Below, one piece after another: positions 9,983 through 19,842 of a stretch of 64,000 nucleotides of DNA. The translations under genes and the position numbers were made by a program. How positions within the stretch are numbered: position 1 is the first letter of the stretch; each line of letters opens with the position of its first letter. Below the pieces are notes generated by a model. The model made no database searches, was not told where the DNA came from, and saw only the letters and a list, made by a program, of their open reading frames with translations. Source of the DNA: an uncultured cyanobacterium (GTDB lineage Bacteria > Cyanobacteriota > Cyanobacteriia > Cyanobacteriales > Nostocaceae); NCBI GenBank assembly GCA_963740315.1, contig CAVUDP010000002.1, forward strand, positions 3,904,001 to 3,968,000, written 5' to 3'.

Positions 9983-11688
9983 GCCTCTAAATCATCTCCA
10001 AATAAGTTTTCATCAAACTCTTGTACTTTTTGATAACTATGTTTAGCATCTAATAACTGTCCTCCAAAAGAATCAAAAGCATTATCTAATTCATCTTTAT
10101 GGGAATTTGCCAACCACAGGTCAATTACCATGTCTTCAAAATCAAATTCATCCCCCATATTCCCCAATATTGTTTCAATTTCTCCAACTACCAACTCAAA
10201 CATATTTATTTTGTCATGCAGAACTTTGAGGATATATTCTTCAATACTATTAGCAATGCAAAAATTAAATATAAAAACATCTTGAGTTTGACCTATACGA
10301 TGCAAACGACCAATACGTTGTTCAATCTTCATTGGATTCCAAGGTAAATCATAATTAACAATTGCATTAGCAAATTGTAGATTGCGTCCTTCTCCTCCTG
10401 TTTCTGTTGCTAACATCACAGGAACTTGTTCTCGGAAGTCTTCAATGGCGCTATCTTTGGCTTTGAGAGACATATCCCCGCGAAACTGACTATGTTTTAT
10501 TCCAGCAGTTGTTAAACTTTCGGATAAATAAGTTTGGGTAGCAAGATTATTGACAAATACTAACGTTTTTTGATTAGATTTTTTGAGCAAGTCTACTAAC
10601 ATCCGAGTTTTTTCAAACTGTTTGATATTACTAGCACGCTTTTTGAGAAACAAGATTTGAGAATTATTAAAACGAGACTGCAATCCTTCCAGAGAAGTAA
10701 GCAAAGCTGCGGGGCTGGAACCAGCACGCATCAGTAGGTTATTTCTGGTTAGTTTATCAATTGTTTTTTCTTCTAGTGATGAACGCAAGTATTCATTGAT
10801 AGCTTGATATAATTCTTTCTCCTCTTCTGTTGGCTGCACCGTAATAGTGGAAGCGAAGCGTTTGGGAAGTTTTACGTCTACAACCGAACGGGTGTTTCTA
10901 ATCATTACTTCCCGCATTAAATTCCTTAATCTGTCGGAATTTTTGGGAGTTCTACCATCCTTTGAACCGACATATTCCTTTTTAAACTGAACTTCTGTTT
11001 TTAACAATCCCGGTTTGAGTAGAGTCAGAAGATTAAACAGTTCCACCAAATTATTTTGCACGGGAGTCGCTGTCAGCATCAAAATAAATCGCTTTTTGAT
11101 TGCATCAACAAGCTTCCAATTAAGAGTACGGCGATTTTTTAGGTGGTGAGCTTCATCCACTACTACCATATCCCAGGAACGAGAAGTGACATAATCAAAG
11201 TGAGTGGAGTGTTTGGCAGTATTGATAGAAGCAACAATATGATTGTGACTTGTCCAAAACTCAGATGGTGGCAGTTGTCTCGAATCAGTAGTAACAGTAG
11301 TAATGTTAAACTTTTGAAGCAGTTCTTGTTGCCATTGAGAAACTAAGGTAGCAGGAGTAAGAATTAAAAGGGATTTGATTTGATTTCTACTAAGGTATTC
11401 TTTACAAATCATTCCAGCTTCAATAGTTTTTCCCAATCCAACTTCATCGGACAACATCGCTCTACCACCAAATTGTTTGATAACTTTCTTGGCAGTTTCA
11501 ATTTGGTACCAGTGTTTGTCAATATTGTAAAGTTCCGGCAGACATACTAATTGGTCGTAGTCAGCCAATATTGATAAATTGAATAGGGATAGTCTAGCTT
11601 CATAGCTTTCTAAGGAAGTAAATTGGCGGTTTTTGAGAGCATAGGCAGCTTGTGAATCTTCAAATTTGAGCGAATAACTATCGTTCAT
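9979..11688 (-). CDS. SNF2-family helicase (YqhH/HepA-like)
   Basis: DEVGLGKTIEAG, VVDEAHH, LTATPVQN, GGEGRNLQ, WNPMKIEQRIGRLHRIGQ. Confidence 0.92.
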   Translation of the reverse strand: MNDSYSLKFEDSQAAYALKNRQFTSLESYEARLSLFNLSILADYDQLVCLPELYNIDKHWYQIETAKKVIKQFGGRAMLSDEVGLGKTIEAGMICKEYLSRNQIKSLLILTPATLVSQWQQELLQKFNITTVTTDSRQLPPSEFWTSHNHIVASINTAKHSTHFDYVTSRSWDMVVVDEAHHLKNRRTLNWKLVDAIKKRFILMLTATPVQNNLVELFNLLTLLKPGLLKTEVQFKKEYVGSKDGRTPKNSDRLRNLMREVMIRNTRSVVDVKLPKRFASTITVQPTEEEKELYQAINEYLRSSLEEKTIDKLTRNNLLMRAGSSPAALLTSLEGLQSRFNNSQILFLKKRASNIKQFEKTRMLVDLLKKSNQKTLVFVNNLATQTYLSESLTTAGIKHSQFRGDMSLKAKDSAIEDFREQVPVMLATETGGEGRNLQFANAIVNYDLPWNPMKIEQRIGRLHRIGQTQDVFIFNFCIANSIEEYILKVLHDKINMFELVVGEIETILGNMGDEFDFEDMVIDLWLANSHKDELDNAFDSFGGQLLDAKHSYQKVQEFDENLFGDDLEA

Positions 11689-11926
11689 TTGAAATTTAAA
11701 ATGGTACTGATATTAATTTTGGCAAAAAAATTGGATTACGATTACTTTTGATACAACTCTTTAGCTTAACCAAACGCCAAAAAGCGATATAAAATTTTTC
11801 TTCGCTGTTTGAGAATCTAGATTAACTTTTGCTGGAAGAATAAAACTAAGAGCAAGTTAGAGCGTTTCGGAAACGGTAAAATTTTAGCAAACAAGCACTA
11901 TCCAGAGATATCTACTGTTAAAAGCA

Positions 11927-12439
11927 ATGCTGGAATTAACTAAAATTCAAACAATAGCCGAATCATATTCTCCTCAAGAACTATTTGCAGCGTTGGTTTG
12001 GCAACGTAAATTCAATGATTTTGATGGGGAGCAAGTTATTACTGACTTATTACAACATAATAATTTATGGGAAAGCTTTTTATTTACAAAACCGATATTT
12101 GCTCCAGATGAAAATGGTTTGAGTTTTGGTGGTGTAATTGATACTCTTGCTGCAATGGCTAATTATCGTCCGATGCCAGAAACAAGTTTCATCCATTTTG
12201 TTGCCTATCCCGCAGATACCTTATATGTTCTCACAGAAAATCAAGACACCAAAGTGTGTCAACTTGTAGACTTAGGTAAAAAGTGGCAAGCTGATTCGGT
12301 AGAAGTAACTGATGGTACTGATACGCAATATACTTATCGACTTAAACGTATGCTGAGATATCGATTTGAAGAAGCGCTATGGGGAAATGAGAAAAAGGAA
12401 CAGCGGGATGCGGTTGTTGTTTCTTATTGGTGGGATTAA
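11927..12439 (+). CDS. Hypothetical protein ending in WWD
   Basis: Clean 170-aa ORF; C-terminal YWWD. Confidence 0.6.
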   Translation: MLELTKIQTIAESYSPQELFAALVWQRKFNDFDGEQVITDLLQHNNLWESFLFTKPIFAPDENGLSFGGVIDTLAAMANYRPMPETSFIHFVAYPADTLYVLTENQDTKVCQLVDLGKKWQADSVEVTDGTDTQYTYRLKRMLRYRFEEALWGNEKKEQRDAVVVSYWWD

Positions 12440-12711
12440 ATTCAAAAAGACTGTGAATGTAGAAAACTGAGAAGCGATTCATTGAGAGTCTTTCTAGTAG
12501 AGTACAAATAATATCTAATCAAGCAATATTTGTTTACAATTACGGAGATTTTCGTGGTAATCCCCAAGAAATTTTAGATAAATGCTTCGATATGATGCTG
12601 TACATGGCTAATTGGGGTTCTCGTCAATTGATGTATTGATATCGCGTTTAAAGAAAGCGGGGTTTTTAAAGAAGTAGAAATATTTACACGCTTATTATTT
12701 GATTTTGATAT

Positions 12712-13125
12712 TTATGGATACTGTCCTTGATTAATCAATACTTGTCGTTGAAGTAGGCGATTAGCAACATTGAACTTAAGTAGTCTTGCAGTTGCTTGAC
12801 CAATTTGAGTTTTCCCTTCAATATTCGCATTTTTAATATAAAAATGTTCATCCCATATTTGACGACGCGGATTAAATAAGGGAATAATTTCTTTAGTCGT
12901 TTGATCTAATGTTGCGAAATCAGAACCTTTATGGCGATTACAAGATAAACATGAAAGTGCCAAATTATCTAAAGTGGTTTCCCCGCCATGCTTTATTGCA
13001 ATAATATGATCTACCTCATGTGTATAAATAGAAAAATCTTGAAGAAGCAAACAATATTCGCATCGTTTGTTCGCCCTTTCTTGAACAAGTTTACGTAATT
13101 TCGTAGAAATATAATCAGAAGTCAT
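12712..13125 (-). CDS. HNH endonuclease
   Basis: RCEYC, EVDHII, NLALSCLSCNRHKG, LFNPRRQ.W.EHF. Confidence 0.9.
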   Translation of the reverse strand: MTSDYISTKLRKLVQERANKRCEYCLLLQDFSIYTHEVDHIIAIKHGGETTLDNLALSCLSCNRHKGSDFATLDQTTKEIIPLFNPRRQIWDEHFYIKNANIEGKTQIGQATARLLKFNVANRLLQRQVLINQGQYP

Positions 13126-13127
13126 GT

Positions 13128-13508
13128 TTACTCGTTGCGTTTGAAAGCTCTTGCTTTTAATAAAATCATCATATGTTCTAACTGTTCGTAAACATCTAGT
13201 TCAGCTAATTCCATTGAATTAAGTGTAGCGGAGCGATTTCTTGACAATAATTCTTCTAATCTCGACTGAGCTTGAGGTGAAACTTTAAAAGCAATTATTT
13301 CTTCTGGTGTTGGGCGCTTAATTAAAAAATCAAGAACTTCTTGATAAACTAAAGGAATATCTGTAGGCTCAGTTTGAACTGTCTTACTTATGTTTGTCGG
13401 TAAATTTGCAAAATCTAACAATTGCCATAGCAATTCGGGTAAACGATTTTGCAAAGGTTCTAGACGCTGAGCTAGTTCATCGGAAACTTGAATTGTTAAT
13501 TCTGCCAT
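13128..13508 (-). CDS. Putative antitoxin-like partner of the HNH gene
   Basis: RHH-like N-terminus (LTIQVSDELAQRL); 2 nt upstream of the HNH gene. Confidence 0.55.
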   Translation of the reverse strand: MAELTIQVSDELAQRLEPLQNRLPELLWQLLDFANLPTNISKTVQTEPTDIPLVYQEVLDFLIKRPTPEEIIAFKVSPQAQSRLEELLSRNRSATLNSMELAELDVYEQLEHMMILLKARAFKRNE

Positions 13509-13738
13509 TGCCTGGGGTTTCGTCCTGTCAGCTTATCTTATATGCTAATTATAGCTTTAGCTTTTACATAGAGCGCATAAGAAAGTTAATCCCGCGTAGA
13601 AACTCCATCAAAGCGCGTTACGTTAAATTATTCTTCTATAATTCACTTTTTAATAAGATAAACTATTCTTAAGAAGAACAGATAGTTTTGGCAATGTTAG
13701 TATTAAAAGTAATAAAAACAAGCAACATCTAACAACCA

Positions 13739-14161
13739 ATGGCAACGCAAAAAGTCACGGTTGAACTCCCACAAGCTATTTTTCAGCAATTGGCTCGTAT
13801 TGCTCAAGCAACTCAGCAACCTTTGGAAACTTTGGTAGCTCAAAGCATCGTCAGCAACTTACCCCCCACACCCGACAATGCACCAGTAGAAATTCAAGAA
13901 GAACTTCTACAAATGCAAATTTGGAATGATGAGGAATTATTGGCGATCGCCAACAGTCAAATCACCTCGGAGCAGCAAAAACGCCACGTAGAATTATTAG
14001 AGAAAAATAGCGGTAACGAAGAGCTAAACAAGAGCGAACGTCAAGAACTTAGTGATTTAAGAACAAAAGCTGACCGTTTAATGTTACAAAAAGCTTATGC
14101 TTGGTCAGTTCTCCGGTGGCGAGGACACAAATTACCAAATTTGAATGAAATGCCACTCTAA
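13739..14161 (+). CDS. Putative antitoxin-like partner of the second HNH gene
   Basis: RHH-like N-terminus (VTVELPQAIFQQLARIA); C-terminal QxRxxELLxxN...E..EL...M..KA.A pattern like 13128..13508. Confidence 0.55.
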   Translation: MATQKVTVELPQAIFQQLARIAQATQQPLETLVAQSIVSNLPPTPDNAPVEIQEELLQMQIWNDEELLAIANSQITSEQQKRHVELLEKNSGNEELNKSERQELSDLRTKADRLMLQKAYAWSVLRWRGHKLPNLNEMPL

Positions 14162-14582
14162 CTCATGGCTATTTCCGAAAAAATTCGTTCGCTCAGTCAT
14201 AACTCGGGCTAATTATAGGTGTGAGTATTGCCAAACTAACTCTCGATTAATTGGAATGCCATTAGTTATGGAACATATTTTGCCTAAAGCTGCTGGTGGT
14301 GGAGATGAATCCGAGAATTTGGCAGCTTCTTGTTATAGATGTAACGAATTTAAAGGCGCAAAAACCCATGCAATTGACCCGCAAACGAGCCAGTTAGCTG
14401 CATTGTTTAATCCAAGAAAACAATCATGGCAAGAACATTTTAATTGGGTGAATGGTGCAACCCATATTGCTGGTATAACACCTACAGGCAGAGCAACCGT
14501 AATTGCCTTGCGATTAAATAATGATTATTTGACTGAGGCAAGAGCGTTATGGATTGAGAGCAATTGGCATCCGCCATCATAA
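14145..14582 (+). CDS. HNH endonuclease (likely true start ATG 14165, with a +1 frameshift near 14195)
   Basis: RCEYC, MEHILP, NLAASCYRCNEFKG, LFNPRKQ. ATG 14165 gives MAISEKIRS, which is out of frame by one base with VITRANYRCEYC. Confidence 0.8.
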   Translation: MKCHSNSWLFPKKFVRSVITRANYRCEYCQTNSRLIGMPLVMEHILPKAAGGGDESENLAASCYRCNEFKGAKTHAIDPQTSQLAALFNPRKQSWQEHFNWVNGATHIAGITPTGRATVIALRLNNDYLTEARALWIESNWHPPS

Positions 14583-14599
14583 ACGTTTGTTTTTATAAA

Positions 14600-14996
14600 T
14601 TATTTACTCTTCAAAATTAAAGCATTAATTTTTTCATTATCAATATTTATTCCATTACGTTCTAAGTATGGACGTAAATTAATTTGAATAAACAAATCTT
14701 TTAATTCTTCAGCAATTTCTTCAGGAGGATTTCCTGATAAAGCTGTTGCTATTAAACGTTCTGCTGCTTTGAATTCTCCACAATCTACCGCCAGAGTTGC
14801 CGCGCTGCGATGTAAAATTGAACGGCTCGGTTCTGCATCTAATTGATGAGCAATTAATTCTGCGGCTGCCTGCTCGTTTTCAAATGCTTCTCGAATCAGT
14901 TGCGAGGCTTGTTCTAAGTTACCTGTTCCGTTTAGCAGTAAAAGCTGCTTCCGCCAAATCCATTGCTGTGGTATGTTTTTCTTGAATTTGACTCAT
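14600..14996 (-). pseudogene. Frameshifted conserved hypothetical helical protein (absent from ORF track)
   Basis: MSQIQEKHTTAMDLAEAAFTAKR / TGNLEQASQLIREAFENE...EPSRSILHRSAATLAVDCGE...ALSGNPPEEIAEEL...LKSK*; 397 nt, i.e. one extra base near 14928. Confidence 0.7.
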
Positions 14997-15088
14997 TTTA
15001 TTTCTAGATAAGATAAAGGTGTGCTTTCCATGTTCTGAGCCAAACTTAGCCGTTCTCAAATCAGGAAAGCGAGTTTTTTATTGTATTT

Positions 15089-15898
15089 TTATGTGTTTTC
15101 TCTATCTAAATATGCTTGTAAATCGGTGATATTAGAAAGACTAAAGAAGACCTTAACTAAAGCTTCTAATTTTTCTGCGGATAAATTTTCAATCTGTTGC
15201 ATTAATGACGAATCAATTTCACCAAAACGACCATTAATCATAAGCCTGACTAATTTAAATGCTTCTTTCTGTACAATATCTTGGTAAATAACTGACTGCC
15301 TCATAATATCCTCCGGTAAAAATTGACGAATTAAGTCTTTATCAAATCGTAAACCAGCTAAAATCCCTAAACACCCAGTTATGTTTTGCTGTTCTCTTAT
15401 ATCTGAAATTGTAGCTACTGTTTGGGCAACTTGGTTTAGTAATGCTGTGGGTGAATCAGTTTTTGTTAAAGGTGCTAGGGGTAAAAGTCCACGATTATTG
15501 AGAAATAAAGCCGAATCCTGCTCCCATAGACGAATTACACGATAACGGTGGATTGTTGTTTCGTCACGATATTCTTCAGTAAATGCAATTTCGTTGGTAG
15601 TTTCCTGCAAAAATATTACTACTTGTGTAACAGGACATTTGTATTTCCGTTTTAACCTGAAGGAATAGTCCCCCATCCTAAAGGGAATCGGAGGTTTTGA
15701 AGTAGGTTCGGTCTGAAATTCGATATGCAAAATCCGATTTTTTGTTTGTAGAAAAGTAACAGAATCAGCACGAATTGGTTCTAAAAAAAGCTCCGTTTTA
15801 AGTACGTTAATATCTTCTGTTTCCATTCCCAGCAACCAACGCACAAAGTCTGTTGGATATTCTTCAGCCAAAAACTTGCAGGTATTGTCATAACTCAT
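15089..15898 (-). CDS. Rpn-family PD-(D/E)XK nuclease with DUF4351-like C-terminus
   Basis: MSYDNTCKFLAE, EPIRADSV, ILHIEFQT, RLWEQ, LLPLAPL, MRQSVIYQDI. Confidence 0.85.
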   Translation of the reverse strand: MSYDNTCKFLAEEYPTDFVRWLLGMETEDINVLKTELFLEPIRADSVTFLQTKNRILHIEFQTEPTSKPPIPFRMGDYSFRLKRKYKCPVTQVVIFLQETTNEIAFTEEYRDETTIHRYRVIRLWEQDSALFLNNRGLLPLAPLTKTDSPTALLNQVAQTVATISDIREQQNITGCLGILAGLRFDKDLIRQFLPEDIMRQSVIYQDIVQKEAFKLVRLMINGRFGEIDSSLMQQIENLSAEKLEALVKVFFSLSNITDLQAYLDRENT

Positions 15899-16271
15899 GA
15901 GATTAGTTGATATTTTTGAGTATCTACTTATTAAAAAGCATCTAGTATTTTCAACTAATATCATGGTTTCAGTACCTTTAATGGATTCGGCTACAAAGAA
16001 ATAATCCTCAAATCAAACTCTAATTTTGGGTTTGCAATAAATTAGTACTTACTGTCAGTACAAAAAATAATAAGTGACTATATTTACTTAACTAAAGTAG
16101 TTAGCCTAATTTGAAGCAGTAAAAAATTCTAAGTAATTTTTGCAAAAAGCCTTTTATAAAAGGAACATAAGTTTCAAACGCATCGATGAACTCACTAGAT
16201 ACTAAATGGTGTAAAGATGGTGTAAAACATATTTTAGAAGCTAAAACGTATATATAGTAAGGTTATTACTC

Positions 16272-16316
16272 GGACTGAAAATCCTCGTGTCACGAGTTCA
16301 AGTCTCGTTCCTGGCA
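16272..16316 (+). tRNA. 3' fragment of tRNA-Phe(GAA), attachment-site duplication (not a complete tRNA)
   Basis: GGACTGAAAATCCTCGTGTCACGAGTTCAAGTCTCGTTCCTGGCA has the anticodon loop, T arm and 3' acceptor strand; no 5' acceptor/D arm upstream. Confidence 0.85.
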
Positions 16317-16325
16317 TACAATAGC

Positions 16326-16360
16326 AAACCCCTAGCAGCTAACGCTTCTGGGGGTTTTTT
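16326..16360 (+). terminator. Rho-independent terminator-like hairpin after the tRNA fragment
   Basis: AAACCCCTAGCAGC-TAAC-GCTTCTGGGGGTTTTTT. Confidence 0.55.
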
Positions 16361-16569
16361 AATTCCCCAAAAACCCCGTTTCAGCGATTCGAGGGGTGTA
16401 AGTTGGGTGTAAATTTACCCCCACGTTGGACATTTTTAGACGGGTTTGGACAATTTATTGGGGTAAAGTTGGGGTAAATCAGAGCGCGCTGATTCCAAGT
16501 CCAGCAAGGCAATGGAGAAATAAGCTAGCAGTTTCTCTTTGTCATCGTTTGTAAGTTCAGGAGTCAATT

Positions 16570-17749
16570 GTGGGTTCCCAAAAATCTAGGACTAAAGCAA
16601 GTAAAGGTACTGTCCAAATCAAAACCTCAAATGAGCGTTTACAACTCGTTTTTAGTTTTGGGGGTAAACGTCATTATTTATCAACGGGTTTTACCGATAC
16701 TAAAGCCAATCGCAAGCTGGCGGAGATGAAGGCTAAACAAATTGAGTTGGATATACTCTGCAACAATTTTGATATCACTTTAGTTCGGTACAAGCCTCAA
16801 TCGCAGCAAGATATCTTTAAATCATCGGCTCCTGACGAGGAGACTTCCCCAGAAAGTTATGTTTCTTTAGCTGACTTGTGGGACAGCTATACCGAATATA
16901 AAAAGTCAAGTTTATCCCCCAGTACTTTGGCGAAGGATTACAAGAAAATTTATCGCTGTATTAACGTGCATCTCCCCGTGAAGACTCTGGATAAAGCTGT
17001 AGCGATTCGCGATTGGTTAATTGCAAATAGAAGCCCGTTATCTGCCAAAAAAATCCTTACTCAGTTTTGTGCTTGTTGTAATTGGGCTGTGAAGTCCCAA
17101 TTGATTGATGACAATCCGTTTGAAGGTATGGCGAGCGATATTAAGCTACCCAAGGGAGATTCTCAGGAAACGGATATCAATCCTTTCAGTTCTGAAGAGC
17201 GCGATCGCATTATCCAAGCATTCAAAGAAAATCGTTATTATGCCCATTACGCGCCACTAGTAGAATTTCTTTTCATCACGGGTTGCAGACCATCTGAAGC
17301 TGTAGGTTTGCAGTGGAAGCACATAAGTAAAGACTTTACCTACATTCGGTTTGAACAAGCTGTGGTGATTTCTGAATCAGGATTAACCTGTAAACCAGGT
17401 TTGAAGACGCAGAAGAAGCGAGTTTTTCCAATTAATAATCGCTTGGCTAGTTTTTTAAAATCAATTCAACCAGTTGAAAAGGTCTGGTGAAGCGAAAGTT
17501 TTTCCTTCACCAGAAGGTAAATGGGTAGACGTACAAAACCTGGGTAGACGAGCTTGGAAGGGTATTTTAGAAACACTTGAAGATGTAGAGTATCGGAAGC
17601 TTTACCAAACCCGACATACATTTATTACGATGGCTTTGAAGAATGGGGTAGATGTGAAAGATTTAGCCAAAATGGTAGGTAATTCACCAGAGATTATTTA
17701 TCGACATTATGCAGGGCAAAGTCGAGAGCTTTTCTTACCGGAGTTTTAG
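16570..17749 (+). CDS. Tyrosine integrase with N-terminal arm-binding domain; split by a +1 frameshift near 17480
   Basis: RLQLVFSFGGKRHYLSTG arm domain, TGCRPSEA (R) and GLKT (K); second ORF holds YQTRHTF and IIYRHY. Confidence 0.88.
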
Positions 17750-17861
17750 AATTTTATAGTTTAGGCGATACTCACTTTCCAACCAACTATTACTGTATAT
17801 AGTAATTAGTGAGTGTCGCTTTTCTTTATCACTATAAACATAGTAAAAATAAAAAAAGATT

Positions 17862-18140
17862 ATGACTAAAGAAATAAAATTTCAACAAGGAAGTGGTAAT
17901 GTATTTTATGATTTAGGGTTTGCCAATCCAGATGAATTACTTTTTAAAGCAGAGTTAGTACGTAAAATTAGTGCAATAATCACCCAAAACAATCTAAATC
18001 AAGTAGAAGCATCAAAATTATTGGAAATTGAGCAATCAGATTTTTCTGCTTTAATAAAAGGTTATATATTGAGTTTTTCAATAGAAAGTCTTTTTAGTTA
18101 CTTAAATATTTTATTGTCGAGATATGACAATCTTAGTTAA
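17862..18140 (+). CDS. XRE-family HTH protein (HigA-like antitoxin/regulator)
   Basis: GSGNVFYDLG, LNQVEASKLL, FSIESL. Confidence 0.75.
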   Translation: MTKEIKFQQGSGNVFYDLGFANPDELLFKAELVRKISAIITQNNLNQVEASKLLEIEQSDFSALIKGYILSFSIESLFSYLNILLSRYDNLS

Positions 18141-18265
18141 GAGTAAATAATCAAATTATTCGGATAAAAATTAAAGCTCATATAAATTAACAAACTATTA
18201 CATTCTCCACATTGATAAAGAAAGGTAGTAGAGTATCTGTTTCTTTTAAAGAACTTATAATCTCT

Positions 18266-18529
18266 TTAAGCTTTTGCCTTTTTAGAATTCTGATTGCTCG
18301 CTAAACTTGCATGATATTTTTCAATTGCTCGGTGATGGGCAATTGGGTCTTGATGATTATGAAACCAATCTTGAATAAGTTCTAAATTATATCGAATACA
18401 ACGACTGTTCAATTTCACCCAATGGGTTCCTTCAATCCATGTTCCATCTAAACGATATTTTTTCAGTGTAGAAAAGCTCATGTTTAGAATCTCTGATGCT
18501 TGTTGCTTTGTCACAAACTGGAACACCAT
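18266..18529 (-). CDS. Excisionase-like HTH protein
   Basis: TLKKYRLDG.WIEG.HW...NSR.IRYN; near the integrase; GGGGAG RBS. Confidence 0.75.
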   Translation of the reverse strand: MVFQFVTKQQASEILNMSFSTLKKYRLDGTWIEGTHWVKLNSRCIRYNLELIQDWFHNHQDPIAHHRAIEKYHASLASNQNSKKAKA

Positions 18530-18616
18530 AGCTTACTCCCCTAAAATATATTCTTTGCTTTCTTATAACCAAAGCATAAGTAGATAATATACTGAGAACT
18601 TTAATTTTTATTTATA

Positions 18617-18632
18617 TATCACTATAGTGATA
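18617..18632. promoter_or_regulatory. Perfect 16-bp palindromic operator-like site upstream of the transfer operon
   Basis: TATCACTATAGTGATA; one-mismatch copy at 32797. Confidence 0.6.
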
Positions 18633-18799
18633 GTTTTTTTATGACTATGGTAATAAATTGGTTTACGTCATAGGGAAAGCATTCAAAGTGAATATTTAAT
18701 AGAAAATAACTTTAATAGTTTAGAAGGCTAACTTCTGCTAAATAATTGAAAAATTAGAAGAGGTATGACTGAGAATGTACATAGCTATTAGATAAAACT

Positions 18800-19816
18800 A
18801 TGAATAATTCAATCGATAACTGTTTTATTACAGACCCATTAGACTTGAATTACATTTCCCATGTTGTGAACCAAGTATTAGAATCGAAACATCATTTAGC
18901 CGATGTCAAGGATTTACAAGCAGCTCTAAGAGAAGTTAGTTTAGAGCATGGTCAAGAAATACAAATGAACCTTGTCTTTGAAGAAAATCAACTGAGTGGA
19001 TTCAACTTTTCTTTCACCAACGACTCTAGTAAAACGACAGCTAATATTCCTTTCAAGCAGCAACAAAGCAATATCTCTTCAGAAAAGGGTGATATTATTT
19101 CTGGAAAACAAACAATTTCTTCTGTTGTGACACAATCAGAAAATAATCTGACAGCTTCTTCTCCATCATCTCAAAAAATAACCATTACACCGGGGTTACA
19201 AGTAGAAGACCAACACATTATCAATCCGGAACAACCGGAAAATAAAACAATTCTCAAATCATCGTTTTCAATTAAAGAAAATATCAATCCTAGCTTAATA
19301 AATATTGCGAATCAATTAGCGAATCAACAAGAAGTTAATGGATTGTTATTAACTGGATTACCTCTAAAATCAAGTATTAATTTAAAAGATACTTTGCAAC
19401 AAGAGGAACAACCAGATGTTCAAACTGCTGGATTAGCAATACTTAGACGCTTTGAGCAAGTTCTACCGCAAGAGTTTATAGAGTTAAAAGCAGGTGAAGC
19501 TCCCAAAGCTTTTAATTGGAAAGATCCAGAATCAAATAAACAATATCGCTTTTGTTTTGAAGCGGCTAAAACTGATTTAGATGGAAATGTTTTAATACCT
19601 GCTTCTTTGAAGGGGTTTGATACAAAATCTGTAGAAACTGAACAACAAGTATTTGCTGCGACTCTAATAGATTCTAAATACAACCGTTGGAGTATTGAAC
19701 AATGTGATTTTAATAAAAACCAGATTCAATCTTTAAAGAAAGCATCACAATCCACACTCCCCAATCATTCAACCGCATCATTGGATGCGGTTAATGATTT
19801 TTCTTATGAAATATAA
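18800..19816 (+). CDS. Hypothetical protein at the head of the transfer operon
   Basis: 338-aa ORF co-oriented with T4SS genes. Confidence 0.6.
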   Translation: MNNSIDNCFITDPLDLNYISHVVNQVLESKHHLADVKDLQAALREVSLEHGQEIQMNLVFEENQLSGFNFSFTNDSSKTTANIPFKQQQSNISSEKGDIISGKQTISSVVTQSENNLTASSPSSQKITITPGLQVEDQHIINPEQPENKTILKSSFSIKENINPSLINIANQLANQQEVNGLLLTGLPLKSSINLKDTLQQEEQPDVQTAGLAILRRFEQVLPQEFIELKAGEAPKAFNWKDPESNKQYRFCFEAAKTDLDGNVLIPASLKGFDTKSVETEQQVFAATLIDSKYNRWSIEQCDFNKNQIQSLKKASQSTLPNHSTASLDAVNDFSYEI

Positions 19817-19842
19817 AAGTTTCATCATTTTACTAATTAACT

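Larger units (their letters stand above)
16207..16478. other. att junction: arm-type and Xis-type repeats around the tRNA fragment
   Basis: TGGTGTAAA x2 (16207, 16218); GGGTGTAAR x2 (16394, 16405) plus inverted TTTACCCCC; TGGGGTAAA x2 (16459, 16470); TTRGAC at 10-bp period (16426, 16436, 16446). Confidence 0.7.

Noticed and set aside
14797..14985. 62-aa plus-strand ORF
   Set aside because: Antisense to the frameshifted minus-strand gene 14600..14996.
16240..16316. Complete tRNA-Phe gene
   Set aside because: The 5' acceptor strand and D arm are missing; only the 3' part is present.
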